NCBI GenBank assembly: GCA_964349045.1
Contig: CAYGFI010000008.1
Location: 1,393-65,392 of the forward strand
Reading direction: 5' to 3'
DNA length: 64,000 bases
Origin: an uncultured Chitinophaga sp.
GTDB taxonomy: Bacteria; Bacteroidota; Bacteroidia; Bacteroidales; GCA-2748055
Positions 61,021 to 64,000 of the stretch are shown in pieces (position 1 is the stretch's first letter; every line of letters starts with the position of its first letter). Both the position numbers and the translations under genes were made by a program. Under the pieces are notes generated by a model. The model had not been told where the DNA came from and did not search any database. It saw only the letters and a program-made list of their open reading frames with translations.

Positions 61021-61505
61021 TAACCTAGCAGGAAAAGAAAGGTCCTTTTTGCCTGATCATTAATTTCCCGAAGGTCTAAGTATTTAGAAATCGTGACCGC
61101 ATCCTTTAAAACATCCTGCCGGTAAAATTCCTTTTTAAAATTTACTTCGCATACTTCAACTATCCGGATAATGAAGAAGTACCATTCCTTATCTCCCGTA
61201 TGGATGCGCTCCTGTAAAAAGTACAACCCTGTTAAAAGTACGATTCGGCTGCTAACAGAAAGTTTCTCATAGAATTCATCTCCCACATTAAGGTAGTAGG
61301 TCCCGCGCTTTTTTACCGGTGTATATGAATTAGAATTGCCCTGCTCGTAAACTACCATGGTTTTTAATTTATCCTTTGGGTTTAAGCGGCTCCCCCACTT
61401 CTTTTTTTCCATCAGTGGGGGAGTATTTTCGGGATGCATTTCTTTAGCAAAGAAGTTAATCTGAGCTTTGTAATCCTTTTGATTGTAGTTTCTGAAAAGT
61501 GCCAT
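61020..61505 (-). CDS. hypothetical protein
   Basis: 161-aa ORF in the packed array. Confidence 0.6.
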   Translation of the reverse strand: MALFRNYNQKDYKAQINFFAKEMHPENTPPLMEKKKWGSRLNPKDKLKTMVVYEQGNSNSYTPVKKRGTYYLNVGDEFYEKLSVSSRIVLLTGLYFLQERIHTGDKEWYFFIIRIVEVCEVNFKKEFYRQDVLKDAVTISKYLDLREINDQAKRTFLFLLG

Positions 61506-62023
61506 TAGGATTGAGCGATTTGTTTTTCACGAATTGAATTAAGTTCCCAGCCCAACCAGATTTTAGAATTGATTGCATACTGCCATGCGTTAACGGTTGC
61601 CAACGTTATTTTTTGTTGGGATTGAGTTGAAATTAAATTACCAAAATTGGTGTGAGGGATTTGAAATAAAAGACTTTCAATATCATGAATTATTCCATCC
61701 ATAATAAACCTGAAGAACTTTACGCGGGCGGTTTGATCTCCGCTGGTAAAAATTTCTTTGCAGTCTTCCTGATTTACATCAATAAAAGTGTCTTTACTGT
61801 GTTCCGCTTGTTTCTCAATTACCGGGCTTGTTGCATCGGTACTTTTTGGATAGGGGTTTTCGGTACCGCAGTTTTTTAACATTTCTCCCAACCAACTTTT
61901 TGTTAATTGCAGGGCGGTAAAAGTAGAACTTACTTCTCTTGATGGGGTAAGTAGTTTTACTGAGTTCATGCAGATATCAACCTTTAATCGAATCTGACGG
62001 ATGGTAGAGATAAATTGTTCCAT
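61505..62023 (-). CDS. hypothetical protein
   Basis: 172-aa ORF in the packed array. Confidence 0.6.
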   Translation of the reverse strand: MEQFISTIRQIRLKVDICMNSVKLLTPSREVSSTFTALQLTKSWLGEMLKNCGTENPYPKSTDATSPVIEKQAEHSKDTFIDVNQEDCKEIFTSGDQTARVKFFRFIMDGIIHDIESLLFQIPHTNFGNLISTQSQQKITLATVNAWQYAINSKIWLGWELNSIREKQIAQS

Positions 62024-62057
62024 AAATGGGAAATTGGTTTTGGTTTCCGCAAATATA

Positions 62058-62151
62058 GTTAATTTAAAAGTGAATTTAAAAAAGTTTTAAACAGCCGCCG
62101 CAGAAATTCCTTCTTTTTCCAAAATATCAGAAGTTAATTTAAAAGTGAATT
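62058..62151. promoter_or_regulatory. two more copies of GTTAATTTAAAAGTGAATT
   Basis: Exact copies at 62058-62076 (intergenic, upstream of 61505-62023) and at 62133-62151 (inside the 3' end of 62087-62659). Confidence 0.5.
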
Positions 62152-62659
62152 CCTGCAGGCTTTCAAGTGTGGGAGAAATGCGGCCTACCCCGAAAATATG
62201 TAGGGGTATATAGCTGGCCTCTGGGTGCAATATCATGGCCTTTGCAGCCTCAATATCAAGGCCACTTTTAAATAAAAAGGCCATATCAAAGGCTGGAATT
62301 TTTAAGCGCCATGCCGTGATAATTTCAAATATTGCGCCTAGGCTATTTTCGTAGCCTGGAAGCATGAATATAAGGCCACATGAGGCCAGTTCTTTTAAGT
62401 CTTTTCTCATAGCCTCATGCCACCACGGAATTTCTGGGTTATGGCCTGAATTTTTATTTTGTACTGGGTTAATCACATGCGGGTTTATTGGCGTTAGGCC
62501 CATATCGCGCAGGAACGTTTCAGCGGCGGTAAAAGCTGGCCTATTCAAATCTTCAATGCCTGTTATTGGACCGCATATATAAGCCCGATTGCTGGCTGTG
62601 CGTACAATATCTGTTTTGTAGGGGCCGGTGTAAAACACGGAGGTCATAATTGCGCTCAT
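62087..62659 (-). CDS. DUF4406 / nucleoside 2-deoxyribosyltransferase-like protein
   Basis: AYICGPITGIEDLNRPAFTAAETFLRDMGLTPINP resembles the YISGPMTG...N...F..A...L...G..v.NP pattern of that family. Confidence 0.6.
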   Translation of the reverse strand: MSAIMTSVFYTGPYKTDIVRTASNRAYICGPITGIEDLNRPAFTAAETFLRDMGLTPINPHVINPVQNKNSGHNPEIPWWHEAMRKDLKELASCGLIFMLPGYENSLGAIFEIITAWRLKIPAFDMAFLFKSGLDIEAAKAMILHPEASYIPLHIFGVGRISPTLESLQEFTFKLTSDILEKEGISAAAV

Positions 62660-63036
62660 ACTATGGTAGCGAGGTTGCCCTCTATTTTTACGTTAATAAT
62701 GGTTCCTATTGCGAATTTACTTACCTGATCAGGGGTAAAGAATACCGGAGCGGGGGATGGTTTCTGGCCCATCATGGCATAATGGGTGCCTTCGTTTTCC
62801 GGGATAAATATTCGGGCTGGCGTGTTTGGCTTCTTTATGACCGACCGGCAGGTATGCTTACGCCCGCTCCCTAAATGAATGAAGGTTTGGCCCTGCTCAA
62901 TTTTCAGGCTTTCCGGATCTATTTTAGCCAGCTTGTTTTTTTCAAGCAGCCAATGATTATACGGGTTATACTGTTCATCATTTTTTATAGCCCACCACTC
63001 GGTTCCGAGCTTGTGGATTCTGGCCTGTTGCTGCAT
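62656..63036 (-). CDS. hypothetical protein
   Basis: 126-aa ORF in the packed array. Confidence 0.55.
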   Translation of the reverse strand: MQQQARIHKLGTEWWAIKNDEQYNPYNHWLLEKNKLAKIDPESLKIEQGQTFIHLGSGRKHTCRSVIKKPNTPARIFIPENEGTHYAMMGQKPSPAPVFFTPDQVSKFAIGTIINVKIEGNLATIV

Positions 63037-63482
63037 AATTGTTGTTTTTTAATTCGTTCGTTATATTTTACTGCGTATTTCTGAAAAAATTCTGGCCTAT
63101 CTGCTTTTTTTGTTAGCCTCATGCCAATAGTAATTAGGGCCAGTTCAATACTTGAAAATCCCTTCAACTGTTTTTGATGGAAAAGGGAGGCCACACAATA
63201 AATTGCTTTGAAGCCTGAATAGCCCTGATAAAATGAATCTGTCTTACAAATGCTGAATTCTGAAGGGATGCCAATATTGTTTCCAGACCAGCTTACAATA
63301 AATTTTTCAGCGGAATGGTAGTCCCCCGACCGGTCCTTAAATTGTGCCTCTATATCTTCTTTGTCAAGGATCTCGCGGATTTTAACCAGGGCTCCGGCTT
63401 TGCTGGCCGCTATTTCTTTTGGGGTGAAATTACTCATGCGCAGGCTTGTTAAAGCGGGCCAGGTACAACCGGCAGATTTCAT
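62985..63482 (-). CDS. hypothetical protein
   Basis: 165-aa ORF. The start is possibly further downstream. Confidence 0.55.
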   Translation of the reverse strand: MKSAGCTWPALTSLRMSNFTPKEIAASKAGALVKIREILDKEDIEAQFKDRSGDYHSAEKFIVSWSGNNIGIPSEFSICKTDSFYQGYSGFKAIYCVASLFHQKQLKGFSSIELALITIGMRLTKKADRPEFFQKYAVKYNERIKKQQLCSNRPESTSSEPSGGL

Positions 63483-63816
63483 CTAAGTCGTTCGTTACAT
63501 AAATTCGATCATGCCCGCTGGCCTCAAAAGAAGTAACGGGCTTATAAGTCAGCCCGGAATCAATGGTAATCTGGCGCTGAAAATTATCTTCCGGATCTTT
63601 TAAAGCCTTGCCGCCTTCATCAAATTTTTTTCGGGCATCAATATAGTGACCTTCGTAAAACTTAACGCCCTTGTTAATTCCTTTGTCAATGGCGACGAAC
63701 GGCCGGCAGTCCGTGCTATTATAACCGCCTTCGGGCCTTTCGGTCCAAATGCAGGCAAACAGCATGGTGTGCTTTAAAATTTCGTAGTAGTCTTTTTGAT
63801 CCGGGTGTATTTCCAT
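63430..63816 (-). CDS. hypothetical protein
   Basis: 128-aa ORF in the packed array. Confidence 0.55.
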   Translation of the reverse strand: MEIHPDQKDYYEILKHTMLFACIWTERPEGGYNSTDCRPFVAIDKGINKGVKFYEGHYIDARKKFDEGGKALKDPEDNFQRQITIDSGLTYKPVTSFEASGHDRIYVTNDLDEICRLYLARFNKPAHE

Positions 63817-64000
63817 TATACTGTTTTCAGGATTTCAACAACATCTAATGATATTACTCGCGCTCTTGACAATTTATTTGCCATTGTATCAAAATCTACG
63901 TGTTTTCCTCTCGTAATTTCTTGTTTTGTGCAGCCCTTACAACTAATTTCTGATTCATCCATTAAATTATCAATTTTTTTATATAATTTTCTTGCTGCAT

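Overview
Nearly the whole window (about 1.9-64 kb) is one phage-like element. It has roughly 100 tightly packed genes, and all but one (32260-33279) are on the minus strand. GC is low, leaders are A-rich and mostly lack Shine-Dalgarno sequences, which suggests a Bacteroidota host (inference only). The left end (324-1601) carries an IS4/IS1380-type transposase that appears to sit inside phage DNA.

Blocks:
1. 1.9-20.3 kb, virion/lysis block: a P-loop ATPase, an abundant 240-aa structural protein, about 20 small single-anchor membrane proteins, a membrane-anchored lytic transglycosylase, an SGNH hydrolase, and fibre/spike proteins. I could not recognise a terminase, portal, tape-measure or tail gene anywhere in the window.
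2. 20.3-33.3 kb: DNA-binding-looking proteins sharing a helix-extended-helix-like repeat, two secreted proteins, and an N6-adenine methyltransferase / acidic protein / 1758-aa SNF2 helicase operon.
3. 33.3-33.8 kb: an initiator-like tRNA-Met next to an iteron-rich, AT-rich non-coding region.
4. 33.8-64 kb: small early/DNA-metabolism genes. These include a diversity-generating retroelement (template repeat, three variable repeats in three tandem target genes, truncated reverse transcriptase), a C5-cytosine methyltransferase locus with two fully open overlapping frames and a G12 tract, a HerA-like ATPase, a tyrosine integrase, four XRE-type regulators and a DEDDh exonuclease.

All functional calls rest on motifs read by eye. 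No database search was possible, and most small ORFs stay hypothetical.
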